Below are positions 62,250 to 64,000 of a stretch of DNA of 64,000 nt, piece after piece. This DNA is from Alphaproteobacteria bacterium. GTDB taxonomy: Bacteria; Pseudomonadota; Alphaproteobacteria; MPNO01; UBA830. Position numbers and translations under genes: made by a program. Below the pieces are notes generated by a model. It was not told the origin of the DNA and made no database searches. It worked only from the letters and a program-made list of their open reading frames with translations. Location of the stretch: assembly GCA_964291215.2 (NCBI GenBank), contig OZ219791.1, positions 2,720,001 through 2,784,000 on the forward strand, in the 5' to 3' direction. How positions within the stretch are numbered: the stretch's first letter is position 1; every line of letters starts with the position of its first letter.

Positions 62250-62595
62250 TGAGGATGAACACGTGGCACAGTGTTTCGTCATAACAGAACGTTGTGATAC
62301 AGGACACCAACCTATAGCGATGAGTCGTCGACAGTCGTCTGCGAGTCGATATCACGCTAGCATTCACTGACAGCAACGGACCAATGACCTGCTCCCGTCG
62401 ACGGGCCCAAGGTGAATGTTAGCGCATTGAGGATTTCTCCGCCAGCCTAGCGTGGTCGCCATTGCGTCGGGAATCGCCCGGCTTCGATGAAGAACAGTTG
62501 CGGGGCAGCGCGAATTTCTGTATCTGGATCGAAACAAATGTGCTGGCCGATCCTGCTCTCCGACCACAGGGGCTTGGCTGGCAGTCTGGGCGGCT

Positions 62596-63921
62596 ATGAA
62601 CACCACAGCGAAACCCGAAGCCCTCAAGACATTTATCGAAAAGATCGAAAATCGAACGGCGCGGGTCGGCATACTTGGTCTCGGCTATGTCGGGATTCCT
62701 CTTGCCATTGCGATCGCCAGGCAGGGATTTCCGGTCCTCGGCTTCGATGTCCTCAAGAAGCGGACAAGAGAGGTCAATCTCGGCAAGAGCCCGATTAAGC
62801 AGTTTTCCGACGACGAAATCGCGCATATTCTGGCAAGCGGCTTCGAGGCGACGAGCGAGTTTGGCCGGACCGGTGAATGCGACGCGCTCATCATTTGCGT
62901 ACCGACACCGCTCGACACGTCGCGCGAACCCGATCTCAGTTTCGTTACCGCGACCATGGATGTCATATCGCGGCATTTTCGCGCCGGGCAGTTCCTGTCC
63001 TTGGAGAGCACGAGCTGGCCTGGGACGACGCGGGAGGTGTTGCTTCCATATGTCGCGAAGGCCGGGTGCTCGGCCGGCAAGGATTTCTTTCTCGTCTATT
63101 CACCCGAACGCGAGGATCCGGGCAATAGCGACTTCAATACAAAGACGATACCCAAGATCGTCGGTGGTACGACCGAGAACTGCCTTGAGGCCGGGTGCGC
63201 GCTCTATGGCTCCTTCGTCGACACTGTGGTGTCCGTGAGTTCCACCGATACGGCTGAACTGGTGAAGCTCGTCGAGAACATTCACCGGGCGGTCAATATT
63301 GGCCTCGTCAACGAGATGAAGATCGTGGCCGATGCGATGGACCTGGACATATTCGAGGTGATCGATGCAGCAAAGACCAAACCGTTCGGCTTTGAGGCCT
63401 ACTATCCGGGACCGGGCATCGGCGGGCACTGCATTCCTATCGACCCGTTCTACCTCACATGGAAGGCCCGCGAGTTCGGGATCCACACGCGCTTCATTGA
63501 ACTCGCGGGAGAGATCAACGCCTCAATGCCACAATACGTGGTCGACAAGCTCATCCAAGCCTTGAACCAGGCCGGGAAACCGCTGAACGGCGCCAGGGTG
63601 CTGGTCCTCGGCGTTGCCTACAAACGCGATATGGATGACATGCGCGAAAGCCCGTCCGTATTCATCATGGAAAGGCTTCGCGACTGGGGCGCGACCGTGC
63701 ACTATTCCGATCCGAACGTACCGGTATTCCCGACGATGCGCGGACACAGCTTCGACCTCGCGTCAGTTGAACTGACGGCGGAGAATATCGCTGGATACGA
63801 TGCGGTCATGCTGCTGACGGACCACAGTGATTTCGACTACGAGTTGATACGCCGGAACTCGGCAATCCTCATCGACACGCGTGGCAGGTTCCGCAGGTTC
63901 GCAGGCGTGGTGCGGGCATGA
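62596..63921 (+). CDS. Nucleotide sugar dehydrogenase (WbpA/WecC-like UDP-HexNAc 6-dehydrogenase)
   Basis: [42 protein letters not shown] and GVAYK..DD.RESP. Confidence 0.93.
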   Translation: MNTTAKPEALKTFIEKIENRTARVGILGLGYVGIPLAIAIARQGFPVLGFDVLKKRTREVNLGKSPIKQFSDDEIAHILASGFEATSEFGRTGECDALIICVPTPLDTSREPDLSFVTATMDVISRHFRAGQFLSLESTSWPGTTREVLLPYVAKAGCSAGKDFFLVYSPEREDPGNSDFNTKTIPKIVGGTTENCLEAGCALYGSFVDTVVSVSSTDTAELVKLVENIHRAVNIGLVNEMKIVADAMDLDIFEVIDAAKTKPFGFEAYYPGPGIGGHCIPIDPFYLTWKAREFGIHTRFIELAGEINASMPQYVVDKLIQALNQAGKPLNGARVLVLGVAYKRDMDDMRESPSVFIMERLRDWGATVHYSDPNVPVFPTMRGHSFDLASVELTAENIAGYDAVMLLTDHSDFDYELIRRNSAILIDTRGRFRRFAGVVRA

Positions 63922-64000
63922 TCCTTTGGTCCTCTCGTTGATTTCGGGGCCTTGCCCGCCATCCGGACGGCGGCCTCGTCCCGCAGGAAAGTTTCGGCTT

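Noticed and set aside
1-64000. tRNA, rRNA, integrase or reverse transcriptase genes
   Set aside because: None recognised by eye. A covariance-model scan would be needed to exclude small RNAs.

Overview
This is a GC-rich bacterial window, probably alphaproteobacterial (inferred from gene content). Intact housekeeping and metabolic blocks alternate with heavily eroded, nested mobile DNA. Intact blocks: TauD dioxygenase-SDR-hypothetical-MetE-like-hisI-folE; a six-gene membrane module (GK-tailed exported protein, DUF350, membrane-fused polyamine aminopropyltransferase, YjfI-like, PspA/IM30, YjfK-like); a PadB-like molybdoenzyme with a fused PadC-PadD-like partner; a 1,700-aa exonuclease-like/RecQ/UvrD double helicase; class I nrdAB with an NrdR box; mntR, GFA, SDR and an alpha/beta hydrolase; kynA-kynU; and surface-polysaccharide genes (wecB, two GT4s, a UDP-sugar dehydrogenase). 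Mobile or decayed DNA: three DUF4338-ISAs1 remnants, several IS66-ended elements with 8-bp target duplications, two IS630 copies plus an IS630 mini-element, an IS1634-like element whose end is interrupted by a 341-bp MITE, IS3/ISKra4/ISNCY fragments, a split cytochrome P450, a DUF6499/DUF2285 (FseA-like) remnant, a tandem Rpn array and a frameshifted AAA-PD-(D/E)XK gene. The best leads are: (1) the PspA-polyamine module, with a GTGAC/GTCAC operator array and a two-start YjfI carrying a putative DNA-binding extension; (2) tandem rpn genes sharing one frameshift but keeping intact internal RpnS ORFs; (3) the stand-alone double helicase; and (4) microdeletion erosion confined to mobile and accessory genes. 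Family assignments come from motif recognition by eye, not from database searches.
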